64,000 nucleotides of DNA from Eledone cirrhosa (GCA_964016885.1 OZ024741.1:349804001-349868000), one strand, 5' to 3'; positions 30,722 through 44,734 are shown, numbered from the stretch's first letter. Notes: generated from the letters alone by a model not told the origin. Translations and numbers: made by a program.

Positions 30722-31515
30722 AAAGAGAGAGAGAGAAAAGAGAGAGAGTGTGAGATTGATAGGGTGTGAAAGTGAGAGAGAAAAAGAGAGACGGTGCATG
30801 AGAGAGAGAGTGTGTGTGTGTGAGAGCGAGAGAGAGAGTAAGAGAAGAACCCGAAGAAATGTGTAGGTTCATAGCCGAAGATTTGAAGAATGGAAATTCA
30901 TATACATATATATATATATGAATAAAATTAGTCCTTCATCAGTGATCTTCCAGCCTTCATTGGTATTTCATCGCTTTAAAGATCATATACCTCTGGTTGG
31001 TGCGAGTAACGGCTAAGGAAAGTCGTTGAGACATGTAAAATAGGGTGAAACGAGCGAGACATGTAAACAAACAAAGATGGTTTTGCAACGAAAAGTGAGG
31101 AAGAAGGAGTCAAGTCCCTGAAATCGATGAACTTAAGTTCTGTGAAATCGTAGACTAGAGATAAAGACCATCCAACCTGTGTGAAATGTGAGCGAGAAAA
31201 GGGTTTCACACAGGTCAAACGGGAGGAAGTGATGGAGAGTGAGTAGCAGAGAGTGAGTGAGTGAAAGTGTGAGGAAGAGGCTAACTGAGAGAGTGACTGG
31301 CAGGGGGGTAAAAAGAAAGTGAGAGATACAGAGAAAGGGGAAGCAGTAAGAAAGAAACAGACGGGTCACAGCGGAGGAAAATATATAAATATATGAAAAA
31401 ATGGCGTGCTGCGTGGTTGCAAATGGGTTACATATAAATAAAATTAGTCCTTCATCAGTGATCTTCCAGCCTTACGGAATTTCGCCCAGGAGATCTATTC
31501 AGTGTAACCAATACC

Positions 31516-31593
<78 letters not shown>

Positions 31594-32666
31594 CGGCAGG
31601 CTTCTAAACAGTGGGATCGGAATCGAAGTTGAGACCTGTTTGCGAAGCAATCTTCTTAACAATTCGATCATGCTGCGGCCACTGGGTGCTGATGTTGTTT
31701 CCTTTACTGTGGTGATTATACTCTAATTAATTGAAAATACATAAAATATATGATTTTCATCTTAAGTAAAAACTACTATTTAATTTAATAATTAAGTATG
31801 TCTTTGCGGAAATTCGAACCCGTCATCATTTATTTCATTTTAGATAGAGATTATGAGGTTCAAAGAAAATGTAAGTTGGTTGTTATAAATAGCTTAGAAA
31901 ATTGGGTAAAAAACCCTTATAGATGGAAAGAATGTGGACAGTTGTATTTACAGTCATTTTGTGCGTTTGAGTTTCCTACGTTTCTATATTATTTTAGATT
32001 TAAATACAATAATTAAAAATGTAATATTTAAATGAATCATAGGTATAGTTTTCACAGATGCCTTGACGTATGAATATGATAAAATATTTTTTTTAGAGTT
32101 ACGGCCCTTTCCATTCTGAGTTCAAATCCCGCCGAGGTCAACTTTGCCTTTCATCCTTACGGGGTCGATAAAATAAAGTACCAGTAATGTACTGGATATT
32201 TCTGGCCTTGTGCCAAAAGTAGAAACAATTATATACATTTATATCCTTTGGCTAATTTGAAATTAACCAGAGATTGAAAACGTTAACTAAAATTTGTAGC
32301 ATGTTCACCATTCTACACGACAACGTACACACCAACGCTTTTTATGTAGAAAATGGTTAATCTTTCAAGAGAATAATAAACTATCCATGTACAAGGTGGT
32401 CCGGAGATTAAAGAATAGGGCAGATGGGTAAAGGTGTACATTTATCCCAGTCCCTTTTTTTTTATATTGTTTTCTAATTTTGTCACAAGGCCAGCATATT
32501 TGGGGGAAGGGCCAAGACAATTAAATTAAATCAACCCCAGTAATTAATTGGTACTTTATTTTATCGACCCCGGAAGAATGCAAGGCAAAGTTGACCTCAC
32601 TGGGATTTGAACTCAGCATGAAGAAAGACGTTACTAAATACCGCAATGTTATTTTATCCTACACTA

Positions 32667-32885
32667 GGGCGGTGGATTGGCAGTATCGGTAGAGAGTCGG
32701 ACGCCATGCTTTGCAACATAGAGTTACGGCCCTTTATCATCTGAGTTCAAATCCCCCCGAGGTTAACTTTGCCGTTCATCCTCACGGGGTCGATAAAATA
32801 AAGTACGAGTCACGCACTGGGGTCTATTTAATCGATTTTCTCCTCCCTCAATATTGCTGGCCTTATGCCTATATAAGAAACCGTT
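32667..32885 (+). mobile_element. Same SINE family; further copies at ~20878-21085, 32095-32230, 32483-32620 (-), 38295-38410, 38712-38893 (-), 48555-48640, 53135-53470
   Basis: Shared head gggcggtggattggcagtatcggtagagagtcgg, B box GAGTTCAAATCC and core. Confidence 0.8.
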
Positions 32886-33654
32886 ATTTTATCCGACACT
32901 CTACCAGTCCTGCCAATCTACCACACTTTTTCTTTATATTATTGTTATTTCCAACAGACCACCCGCTCTTTCATCGTACCGTGGGGCAAAAAGAAAAGCA
33001 ACAGAAAAGAATGTACTGGGCGTTTTCTGGCAACTACGTTTAAGTGAGGTAAGGAATTGGATGAAAACCTGGTCGTGAGAGAGGCAAGGGTGACAGTTTA
33101 GGGAAGCTAAACAAACATCACTGGAAGAAGACTGGTTTATTTAGATCTGCAAATATTTTAACACGAGGCAATGCATAAATTAACCACAGCTATATATTCA
33201 TCATGGCCACCCCGACACCACTCATTCAAACAAACCCTACCTAACCACTTCTCCCCCTCCTTCCTTCTTCTTCATTTACAACGTAATCATCACTACCACC
33301 ACCACCACCGCTGCCGCCGCCACCACCGCCACCAGCTTCAAATCAATATACCTTGTCTTCCGTTTTTGTTTTCATAATTCATGTCATTCTCCTTCTAATT
33401 CTTACCACACAAACCCCACTCCCCTTTCTCTCTCTCACGCTCCAACTCACTTCCCCCTCTTTCTCACTCCCCATCTCCCTTCCCCACTCTCTAGCCCACT
33501 CCCCCTCTCTCTCACTCAATTCCTTTAATCTCTCTCTTTTAATTTTACTGTTTATCTCTCAATCACACCTTCCTCATTATTTGCTTTTTGTGTTTGTTTT
33601 CTTTGTGAGTGGAATAAATGTGTTTGCCTATTTTCGCTAATATACAAGTTCAGG

Positions 33655-34005
33655 TACACGTCTTTGCGTGTCCACGGCAAACTCTCCAAGTATCGGTCGC
33701 TCTCCGACAGGTATGCGGTCGAGCCCCTGGCAGTGGAGACTTCTGGTGTCCTTGGCCCCAGGGCTACCTCCCTACTTGCCACCACAGGCGCTGAGCTAGC
33801 TATCTGCAGGTGTGAACCTCGTGAGATGGAATGGCTTTTCCAGCACATCTCCCTTACCATCCTCCGAGGAAACGTCTTCTACATTCTGTCCGCCGGGACC
33901 GTGGGGCGGCCAGCACGTGGGACCCCTTTGCTCATAATACAAAGAGATGTGGAGGGCGAGAGAGATGGAGGTGATGACAGTGGGGGTTCGACTCTTCCGT
34001 GTTCG
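33655..34005 (+). mobile_element. CRE-like non-LTR element 3' end (REL endonuclease C-terminus)
   Basis: KLSKYRSL...[11 protein letters not shown]...LFQHISLTILRGN; related copies at 36565-36900 (+) and 41360-41640 (-). Confidence 0.72.
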
Positions 34006-34936
34006 GATACATTTATCAATTCTATGTTGCTGTTGATACTTAAATATCTTACCATTATTCCTTCATTAATACAGTAGTCTATTACTTCTATATATTCACA
34101 TATTGCATGTGACAACAGAAGCCCAGCTTCTGGCCTTCCGTGGCAGAGATGTTTGAAATTAACAAGGAGAAGGGAGAAATGCGAGTTACTGGTGCCTTAA
34201 AGCCAGTTGCTCCGTGTCGACTGAGCTCATCAGCATTAGTCTGGGAGAATGGTCACGCTGATTTCAAAACCGTGGTACATTGTCTATGGTACTGAGAGTC
34301 GGTGGAAAGCTTTAGCTGTAGTAAAAGCAATTTACTTAGGAGAAGGAATACTCTGAAATCAAATCCTATCAGCGCGAGACCAGGAAACACTGTGTATGAC
34401 AACCAAGCGCGTAATATATTAGTGGGAGTGATATTCCCCAAGCTTCTGTAGAATCAAATGAAACGTCTTGGAGAAGGCTAGTCCGAAACGACACCCTTCT
34501 CTTTACTAAGCCGGTGATCTTACACTTACTTGTTTCTGGATCATTGGTCTTGTAGATGAGTCTTTGTAGTGTTGTACAAGCTGCTACTGACTATAAATCT
34601 ATGCATGGGCATTACTAATAGCTATAATCTAATCAGCATCATCAAGGTTGCGCGATAAAAAAAAAGGTCCTTTTGGAGATGAGAAGACAGCAACACGTAC
34701 AAGCTTGACCAACTGAAGGCAGCCTTTGACAGATATGAAATCGTTTGCCATCAAGCTAGGCAGTTATGATGCGCGGTTACTCCAATGACATCTTAGCAGC
34801 ACCAATAAGGGCAACACACCTCACCAGAATTCTGGAAGGGTCAAGTGAAGGTGAACTAAAAATTGTCTGCCTAATTTCTGAACTATGCCAAATATACATA
34901 TATCCCCGCAAAAAAAAGCGATAGACAAGATAAAAA

Positions 34937-34978
34937 TGATAATCGATTTTCAAGCCTAGCTGGGCTTTCATCAGAACA
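34937..34978 (-). ncRNA. Hammerhead core with weak stem I
   Basis: CUGAUGA-AAGCC(6 nt)GGCUU-GAAA-AUCGAU-UA. Confidence 0.6.
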
Positions 34979-35061
34979 ACCATAAAGAGACACGTAATCG
35001 AAAGAGACACGTACTCTATCGCTTATAATAGTAACGTGAAATGGACGTACTAATTTGCATA

Positions 35062-35120
<59 letters not shown>

Positions 35121-35534
35121 CGAAAAATCAGTGATGCATCTGGACTCAATTTATTGCGTGTTACAATTGTTTCGCCGGCAGGTAGCTCGAGACATGGTCA
35201 CTGTATGGATCTGGCTGATTCTACGGCTGCAGGTCCCATCAGACACGGGTAGTTCGTTCGGAGCAAATTTTATCACTGGAGTGTTATCATAAAAAAAACA
35301 CTTTCAAAAAACCTCTTCCACTCTTGTCATGCCATTGGCTGTTGTTACTCCACGTCATCTTAAGTTCTGGTCACTATATACTGCTACACGGGTCATCAGC
35401 CATTTTCCGTCCGACACACTTTTATTACTATTTATTTTTATTATTTTATCATATATCCATTGTATATATCCGTATATCTATGTATGAATGTGTGTGCATG
35501 TATATATAGATATAGATATAGATATATAGATATT

Positions 35535-36150
35535 ATATTTCAGGTCTTTACGAAGGTCCGACTTCCACACCGATCTCAAGCTGTGGCACGCCGCCCAGGC
35601 TTTGCTCTTCCTCTCAACCACATCATCTTCCGTATTCCCAATCTTTGCTCCCAAATACAGGAAGCCCGCAACCTATTCCCGCCTACATTAGTGATCCCCT
35701 CTGGCTTCTCAACATTCTCTACCAGATATTTTGTTTTAGTCTCATTCATTCTCAGCCCCACACTCATCGACACAGTCTCAACCTCTCGCATCAAATCCTC
35801 CGCCTCCTTCACTGTATTTGTCACCAAAACTATGTCGTCGGCAAATTCAGCATCTGATACCTTCATTGCTGTAGTGGAGTCTGTGCTGCTGTACGGGTCT
35901 GAGACTTGGACACTGACCAAGAAACTCACTCAGATGGTGGAGTGGATGGTTGCTGAACGAGAATGCTGAGGATGGCTCTGAACATTAATCAGTATACACT
36001 GAGGATGAAAAACTCAGAGATGTATGGGAGCCTCCCAAAAGTCAGCTCAAAAGTAACACAGAGGAGACTGAGGTTAGCTGGACATGCTCACCGACATCCA
36101 GAGTTGACATTGCACTCAGTGCTCCTGTGGGATCCCCTACATGGACACAC
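35535..36150. mobile_element. RTE/RTE-X LINE fragment with inverted 5' segment
   Basis: Minus 35535-35850: EFADDIVL...GLRMNETKTKY. Plus 35856-36150: FIAVVESVLLYGSETWTL...RRLRLAGHAHRH. Confidence 0.85.
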
Positions 36151-36198
36151 TGGAAAGTATATACTTTCAAACGTTCAATCATCTGGCAGGAAGGTATA

Positions 36199-36239
36199 CG
36201 GTGCTGACGATAGCTAATAAGCTTGAAACTAGTACATCG
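36199..36239 (+). ncRNA. Compact 41-nt type I hammerhead ribozyme
   Basis: CGGUG-CUGACGA-U.AGCU(AAUA)AGCU.U-GAAA-CUAG-UA-CAUCG. Confidence 0.85.
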
Positions 36240-36455
36240 TTCCTTTGTCAGTGTTGAACAAAAGAGCAACGATGGTTGCTAAACACTGTACGGCTTAATC
36301 CGGGATGTTTGTTTACAAACAAACCGAGCATTGTAATAAATGTTCGGTAAATCCATACGTACATATATATATGTGTGTATGTATGTATATACATACTACT
36401 GTACGTCTGTATACATATATGTATGTACGTATACATACTTATATGTATATATATA

Positions 36456-36561
<106 letters not shown>

Positions 36562-36564
36562 TTA

Positions 36565-36900
36565 ACGAGCGGTCGCTCTCCAACAGGTTTGCGGTCCTGC
36601 CCGTGGCAGTGGAGACTTCTGGTGTGCTTGGCCCTAGGGCTACCTCTCTACTCACCATCATAGGCCCAGAGCTGGCTAGCCACAGGCGTGAGCCTCGCGA
36701 TTTGGAATGGCTCTTCCAGCGCACTCCCTTACAATCCTCCGGAGAAACGCCTTCTCCATTCTGACCTCCGGGGCTGAGGGGAGGCCAGCACGTGGGAACG
36801 CATTTGCTCACCATTCAGAGATGAGGAAGGCTAGATAGATGGAGGCGATGACAGTGGGAGTTCGGCCCTTCCACGTTCGGTCCATATCCTTGTGGTTCTG
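36565..36900 (+). mobile_element. CRE-like 3' fragment, second copy
   Basis: Clear nucleotide similarity to 33690-34005 (gcagtggagacttctggtgt...gaatggct). Confidence 0.7.
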
Positions 36901-37128
36901 TTCATTATCTATAGAGTTCAGTATTGACCCACCCCAAAGAAGGCGATCACAAATGTCTTAGTAGAGGTTATGATTACTCTGTATCGAAGATAGTTTTAAC
37001 GATCAGCGTTGTAATTAAAACCGAATGGCGCGGCTTCTTGCGAACAGCGATTTTTAGACACACCGGACTAATGAAACAATTGTTAATATTTTGAATAAAC
37101 CCTATTGTACAGCCGACCACGTTCTTCA

Positions 37129-37188
<60 letters not shown>

Positions 37189-37291
37189 TGTTTTTTTTTA
37201 GTATATATTGGTTGTTTACCGACACCTCAGTATGCAGATTGGAGCACTCGACGAAGTGCGCAGGTTGGTTTGGTTACTCCGGAAAAATGTA

Positions 37292-37721
37292 AAATAAACT
37301 AAAATAAATATGTCGAATATTTAAAATTTGGCTTCGTTTATTACTGCTATATATATTTCGGTACAGCTATCTTTGGCTGTGACCTCTTCAGGCAGTCCGA
37401 ATTAGTGTGGTAGAGACGAGTACATATGTTGTTGAGGTGTATAACTTTGTCAATACTCTGATATGCCCAGTTCCTGGTTGGGTTGTTGTTTCTATGAGGA
37501 ACTGGAATCTGATTCCAGTTCCTCATAGAAACAACAACCCAACCAGGAACTGGGCATATCAGAGTATTGACAAAGTTATACACCTCAACAACATATGTAC
37601 TCGTCTCTACCACACTAATTCGGACTGCCTGAAGAGGTCACAGCCAAAGATAGCTGTACCGAAATATATATAGCAGTAATAAACGAAGCCAAATTTTAAA
37701 TATTCGACATATTTATTTTAG

Positions 37722-37728
<7 letters not shown>
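37292..37728. repeat. 437-bp palindrome (218-bp arms, 1-nt spacer at 37510), one HHR per arm
   Basis: Arms read as exact reverse complements; mirror ORFs 37347-37613 and 37407-37673 differ only at the central codon. Confidence 0.95.
37624..37677 (+). ncRNA. Minimal type I hammerhead ribozyme; mirror at 37343-37396 (-)
   Basis: ACUGC-CUGAAGA-GGU(C)ACAGC...GCUGUACC-GAAA-UAUAUA-UA-GCAGU, then AATAAA 37678-37683. Confidence 0.88.
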
Positions 37729-37819
<91 letters not shown>

Positions 37820-37826
37820 CATATAC

Positions 37827-37923
<97 letters not shown>

Positions 37924-37930
37924 TATATAC

Positions 37931-37993
<63 letters not shown>

Positions 37994-38087
37994 ATATATA
38001 TATATTATATTTATTAAAATAACAGATTAAAGTTTAAGCAAAGAATCGCTGCTTTCACCCTTAACGGGATCTTCAATTTATTATTAT

Positions 38088-38134
<47 letters not shown>

Positions 38135-38148
38135 CATGTATATATATA

Positions 38149-38197
<49 letters not shown>

Positions 38198-38620
38198 ATA
38201 TAGATATATATATATAATATGAAATATATATATGTGTGTGTGCATGTATATATATTATATATGTATATATATATATCACCAGCTTTGCCATTCTGATTCA
38301 AATCCCGCCGAGGTTAACTTTGCCTTTCATCCTTACAGGGGTCGATAAAATAAAGTACCAGTAATGTACTGGATAATTGCTGGCCTTGTGCCAAAAGTAG
38401 AAACAATTATATATCCATATATGTATCAATAGGAGTTATTAACTCTGCTTTTATTTGTATATATATATAAATTTGAGTTTGTGTTGGTTGCTTACCGACA
38501 CTTCAGTATACAGATTAGAGCACTCAACGAAGTGTGCAGGGAAGTCTGTTTACCTCCGGAGTAATTTAAAACAAGAAGTGTTAAGTCACGGATTAAATTT
38601 AACTTCGTTTATTCATATTC

Positions 38621-38679
38621 GCTGCAATATATATTTTGATGATAACCATAATTCAATAGTTATGACCTCATCAGGCAGC
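38621..38679 (-). ncRNA. Degenerate hammerhead (GAAA>AAAA), relative of the 37624 family
   Basis: GCUGC-CUGAUGA-GGUCAUAAC...-AAAA-UAUAUA-UU-GCAGC; tail 38490-38570 matches 37215-37285. Confidence 0.62.
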
Positions 38680-39998
38680 TAGAACTTGAACAGAAAAAAA
38701 ACAGTTTAACATAATTGTTTCTACTTTAGGCACAAGGCCAGCAATTACCCAGTGCATTACTGGTACTTTTATTTTATCGACCCCGTAAGGATGAAAGGCC
38801 AAGTCAACCTCGGCGGGATTTGAACTCAGATCGTAAAGGGACGTAACTATGCTGGAAAGCATGGCGTCAAACCCTCTACCGATACTGCCAATCGTTTAAC
38901 ATAATGGTGGACCAATAGCTATGGTAAATGACACTTACCTAACACCAAAGATGTCATGTAGTCAGATCGGACTCTGGACCTAGTGCATTATGCAGCCAGC
39001 TTCTTAACCATGTGGTCCCTACTTCATTTATTTATCGGTGTAATAGTCACAAGAAGATTCTATCTTTGTCTTGGTCAGTTGGTCAAACATTTCTGTGCAA
39101 ACGTATGTATTTGGGTCAATTTCAAAGGTCAGACGTAGCAATACACATTATATCAGAATGTGCGATGATTTATTTGTTATTCATTTTGTTGTATGCATTG
39201 TTTTAGTTGTTGTTGTTGTTGTTTTGTGTTTGTTTTGTTTTTAGTTTTTATTAGGTCTGCCTATGTCACACTTGCTTTTTTTTAAAGGAAGTGTCTCCTT
39301 CAATGAAAGCGAGACACTCAAATGTTTACGTCAATAAGAGAGAGGCAAAGAGGAATGATAATAATAATACTACTACTACTAATAATAATAATAATAATAT
39401 TGATGGTGATGATGATGATGATGATGATGATATGCGGAAGAATGATAATATAAGCAATTTAAAATGTTGCTGAAAATAACGGCAACAAAAATATAGAATA
39501 ATGAATGATGATGGTGACGATGGGGATGATGGTAATGATAGAGATGGTGACAGTGATGATGATGGTGATGATGGTGGTGGTGGTGGTGGTGGTGGTGGTG
39601 GTGGTGTGGTGGTGGTGGGTGGTGATGATGGTGGTGTGGGGATTATGATGGTGGTGGTGATGGTGGTGTTGGTGGTGACGATGGTGGTGTTGGTGTTGGT
39701 GTTGGTGGTGGTGGGGTGATGGTGGTGGTGATGATGGTGTTGTTGGTGGTGGTGGTGATGGTGGTGGGGATTATGATGGTGGTGCGGATGATAATGATAC
39801 TGAAAATGATACTAATGGTATTGATGTAGGTAATGAGGATGCTGCTGCTGATGAAACTAATTAGTCGATTTAATTGTTTATTTGTTTGTTTGTTTTGTGT
39901 GTGTATGTGTGTGTGTGTTTGTGTGTGTGTTTGTGTTTGTGTGTGTATGTGTGTGTGTGTGTTTGGTGTGAGTGTGTGTGTGTGTGTTTGTGTTTCTG

Positions 39999-40029
<31 letters not shown>

Positions 40030-40335
40030 TTTTGTGTGTGTGTGTTTTTTGTGTGTGTGTGTGTTTGTGTGCGGCGTGTGTGTGTGTGTGTGTGTGTCTG
40101 TGTGTGTGTTTAGTTGTGTCTTCAGTTATTTTTTGTGGGGGTGGAGACTGTTTAGTACACAGTGGAAACAACACCAACAGGTGAAGATAGAAGAGACTGA
40201 AGCTCCTCAGTCCATGTCACTTTAATTGCTCTAATTAATTCATTCTGCTGTACTACACACAGAAGAAGAAGAAGAAGAAGAAGAAGAAGACGAAGAAGAA
40301 GAAGAAGAAGAAGAAGAAGAAGAAGAAGAAGAAGA

Positions 40336-40408
<73 letters not shown>

Positions 40409-40636
40409 AGTAACAATGTGCCTGATGTGTATTATTACATGGGTAGAAAAAGAGGTAAAATAAAGTGCATGAATAGACATGTGTGAGTGTTGGGTCAGAA
40501 AGGTGATCTAGTTGTTAATAGAAGACGGAGAGGTTCTGTTCAAGAGACGATAAGTTATGACACCTTACTAGACTCTTACTATGTATGCATGAGCTTGTAT
40601 ATATATATATATATATATATAAATATATATATATAT

Positions 40637-40841
40637 AGGAACGAGTAGGACCCCGACGGCTGAGCTCAAGCCGTTTCGACGGCTAATTCTGGACTAAAAA
40701 AAAAAAGTCCAGAATTAGCCGTCGAAACGGCTTGAGCTCAGCCGTCGGGGTCCTACTCGTTCCTATTACCCACTCTACTACCCTAAGTATTGAGTACTTT
40801 GGTGCGTTATGGTCACCTGGCTCCTTACCACCATTTCTACG

Positions 40842-40843
<2 letters not shown>
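40637..40843 (+). mobile_element. Family-A fold-back copy
   Basis: ~60-bp arms around an oligo-A loop, plus tail, within (TA)n. Confidence 0.9.
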
Positions 40844-40899
<56 letters not shown>

Positions 40900-40942
40900 A
40901 TAATATTAATAAATGGAAACTATCTTTATAAAACCATATTTA

Positions 40943-41000
40943 TTTTATTATATATATTTCAAGGGTACCAACATTTTTGGTACGCCCTCATCAGATAAAA
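40943..41000 (-). ncRNA. Minimal type I hammerhead ribozyme
   Basis: UUUUAU-CUGAUGA-GGGCGUACCAA/UUGGUACCCUU-GAAA-UAUAUA-UA-AUAAAA. Confidence 0.85.
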
Positions 41001-41294
41001 TACAAAAGTTGTTTTACAGATAGTGACATATTCAAGACAAGAACTTAGCGTTTTGAGTTCTGTTTGAATAGTCTTTATTGATATTATACTCCATTATACT
41101 TTATTGATATTATTATACTTTATTGATATTATACTCCATAAAAAGCTATAGAGTGCTTCTAATCTGTTATAAACTAAATTTGTTGAATAACCAACAAATT
41201 AATTAACTCATTGCTTATATATATATATATATATATATTGTTATACTTTGGGAGGGTCATGTTGCCAATATATATAAGCATTTATTATTTTACG

Positions 41295-41344
<50 letters not shown>

Positions 41345-41359
41345 TTAACTGCTTAATGG

Positions 41360-41640
41360 ACACAACCACAAGGACATGGTCCGAACGTGGAAGAGCCGAA
41401 CTCCCACTATCATCGCCTCCATCTCCCTCGCCCTCCCCATCTCTCTGTATGGTGAGAAAATGGGGTCCCCACAGCTCCGGCGGACAGAATGGAGAACACG
41501 TTTCCCTGGAGGATGGTAAGGGAGATGCGCTGTAAGAGCCATTCCAACTCGCGAGACTCACACCTGAGGCTGGCCAGCTTAGCATCTATTGCGGTGAGTA
41601 AGGAGGTAGCCCAAGGGCCAAGGACACCAGAAGTCTCAAC
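41360..41640 (-). mobile_element. CRE-like 3' fragment, third copy
   Basis: Reverse complement matches ~36610-36900. Confidence 0.7.
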
Positions 41641-42259
41641 GATTAGTTGCTATCCACAACAAGGTCGGTAAACGAGAGCTTTGTGATATTCTATATCGTC
41701 AAGTATGAAATTTGTAGAAATTCTTGTTGTTTCTACAAATTTCATACTTGACGACCCACTAGATCATAAAGAATGACATGAAAGTAGAAGTGGCCTTGGG
41801 AATAGAAGTGTTATGTGAGAGGTATCAATGATGTTGTGCTATTTCATTGGACATCCAACAAATGCCTAATAAAAATGGATATTTGATACAGTAGGTGATA
41901 ATTTCGGTTTTGGGGGATGTAGCTGTAACTGTGCACGGCATTGAGTGAGAACTGTGTGTGGTGATGTTCTGAAAGGACGTGTTATAAGGGGAACAAAAAC
42001 AGACAAATTATCCAGTTTGGTTGTGACAAGTGGTGAAGGAATTATGAACTAGACCAGAGTTTCTCAAACATTTTGGGCCACCGCTCCCAACCCTATTTCC
42101 AGAGAGACGCGCAAATTGTAAATAATACTAGACCACCCGTGACCCGTCGGGTCACGTTCACTTCAAAATATTTTTTAAAAGTCATGTTCACTTAAAAATA
42201 ATTTTTAAATAATTAAAATATACACAGACATGTATATAATGTGAAATGAAACTGGAAGG

Positions 42260-42330
<71 letters not shown>

Positions 42331-42833
42331 GTGTGTATATGTATGTATATAAATGTGTGTGTGTATACATTTATATATGTGTATGTGTGTATATATATAT
42401 ATGTGTGCGTGTCTGTGATCTATATTCACTGGTCATAGACACATACACACATATACACAACACCACCAGCTCTGTCTCCTCTCCCTCTCTCTATGTCTCT
42501 CTATCAATCTACTCTGTCACAGCCACTATCTCTTTCTTTCTATCTTTCTCTCTCTTTGTTTATAAAGGTACCGGGAAAACCCCATATCTCGGGAACCCGT
42601 GCTCCGATTTACGCGAAACTTGTTTTATTTCATTTGTATTCCCATTTCATGGTCAACTTCCTTTCAAAGTATTTTCCAATTATGCGCCCTTCTGGCTGTA
42701 TTACATTACAGACAAGCAAGCAATCATATACTTTTAGTATTATATAGATATAAGAAATAAAACCACCAATTTATATATAATAAATAATATGATATATACT
42801 AAATCCATACGTACATATATATATGTGTGCATG

Positions 42834-42871
<38 letters not shown>

Positions 42872-43097
42872 CTACTGTACGTCTGTATACATATATGTAT
42901 GTACGTATACATACTTATATTTAAGTAACAGCCGTACTAAGAGTGAGAAATGAAATTTCGTTTCATTTTTTCCGTTTATCGTTTTCGGTGCCTCGGCCGA
43001 TTAACTCATTCGATATGCAAATTAGGCTGCTCAACCGTTAATATGCATAAGGAAAGTACATACTTTCAGACGTTCAACCATCTGGCAGGAAGGTATA

Positions 43098-43138
43098 CGT
43101 TGCTGACGATAGCTAATAAGCTTGAAACTAGTACAGCG
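43098..43138 (+). ncRNA. Compact type I hammerhead ribozyme, second copy
   Basis: CGUUG-CUGACGA-UAGCUAAUAAGCUU-GAAA-CUAG-UA-CAGCG; lies in repeat 43050-43255, homologous to 36152-36360. Confidence 0.85.
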
Positions 43139-43278
43139 TTCCTTTGTCAGTGTTGAACAAATGAGCAACGATGGTTGCTAGACACTACGGCTTAATTCGG
43201 GATGTTTCTTTACAAACACACCGAGCATTATAATAAATGTTCGGTGACTCCATACGTACATATATATATGTGTGCATG

Positions 43279-43334
<56 letters not shown>

Positions 43335-43369
43335 CTACTGTACGTCTGTATACATGTATGTATGTACGT

Positions 43370-43410
<41 letters not shown>

Positions 43411-43539
43411 TATATCCGTATGTAGTTGACGGCTAAGAGTAGAGTTTAAATATTCATTTTATTAAGGCCAAATAGTGAGTCTTGTTACTCTGGTGATTCA
43501 CCTGCTTATCACAGGGTCATCAGACAAGAACGTGAGATT

Positions 43540-43589
43540 TCTTGTCTGATGACCCTGTGATTCGCAGGCGAAATTCCATACTAACAAGA
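43540..43589 (+). ncRNA. Hammerhead ribozyme within fold-back 43452-43617; degenerate mirror at ~43480-43530
   Basis: UCUUGU-CUGAUGA-C.CCUGUG/CGCAGG.C-GAAA-(8 nt)-UA-ACAAGA. Confidence 0.75.
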
Positions 43590-43615
43590 CTCACTATTTA
43601 GTCTTAACAAAATGA

Positions 43616-43695
<80 letters not shown>

Positions 43696-44642
43696 TTTCA
43701 CCTGCTTGCGATGGGGCCGATAATGTTGTTAGAACACACTACACTCCTTTACCACCAATACACACACTGCCACCACAGCTCCCATCACATACCACTTCCA
43801 TTCTTCATGCTCTTCACCTAGTTTCCCCTCATCACTTTCTCCGCTTGCCACTTCCTGAAATAGTTTAGTTCTGACCACACACGCACGGCGGACCAGGACG
43901 TTTACGGAACACCAGTCACATATCCCAGAACTGTCAAATCTCCCCCCAGTCCGTCGGGGAGATCTCCCACCCACTTTGGGGTGGTGAGAGATGTCTTCTC
44001 TTGTGAAAATGGGTATAGCTTTGATTATGTAAAATCTCCCCATTTTACCTCATTTCTCCCCGTTTGGGGTAATTTTTTGGCATGGAACTCCCCATTTGGG
44101 TTTTTAGAGGTTGGCAGGTCTGTTACCCAAACCCACAATCACCCACAAAAAATACTCACTAACGTGTACACACGTGTACATATATGTTCAGGTGCATAAA
44201 TACGTACGTGTACCCAAAGAATCCACAAACACAAGTGTATACTCACGCACACAAGACTTTAAAACATTCAGACACACACCTGTATATTTGCATACACACA
44301 GACACGTTCGTAAACAGACATATACACACATACCCATACATACACATACACACACACGCTTACGTATACACACATGCACACAAAAAAACACGAAAAAATT
44401 CACAGACACACATGTGCACACTCACGCTCACACAAACGTGCACACTCACGCTCACACAAACAATACAAAACGTCACAGAAACACTAGAAATAAACTAGAA
44501 AACACACACATAAACATATACACACACGTGCGTGCACACATGCACACATAAAAATATAAAAATACAGGATTCACAGACACATACGTGTATACACACACAA
44601 ACAAACAATATAAAAATCTCAGACACGTACGTGTATACACAC

Positions 44643-44727
<85 letters not shown>

Positions 44728-44734
44728 GATATAG

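Noticed and set aside
32667-32760. tRNA gene (also other A/B-box heads)
   Set aside because: No full cloverleaf; continues into a SINE core present in many copies.
37347-37673. Pair of near-identical 88-aa ORFs on opposite strands
   Set aside because: Trivial consequence of the palindrome.
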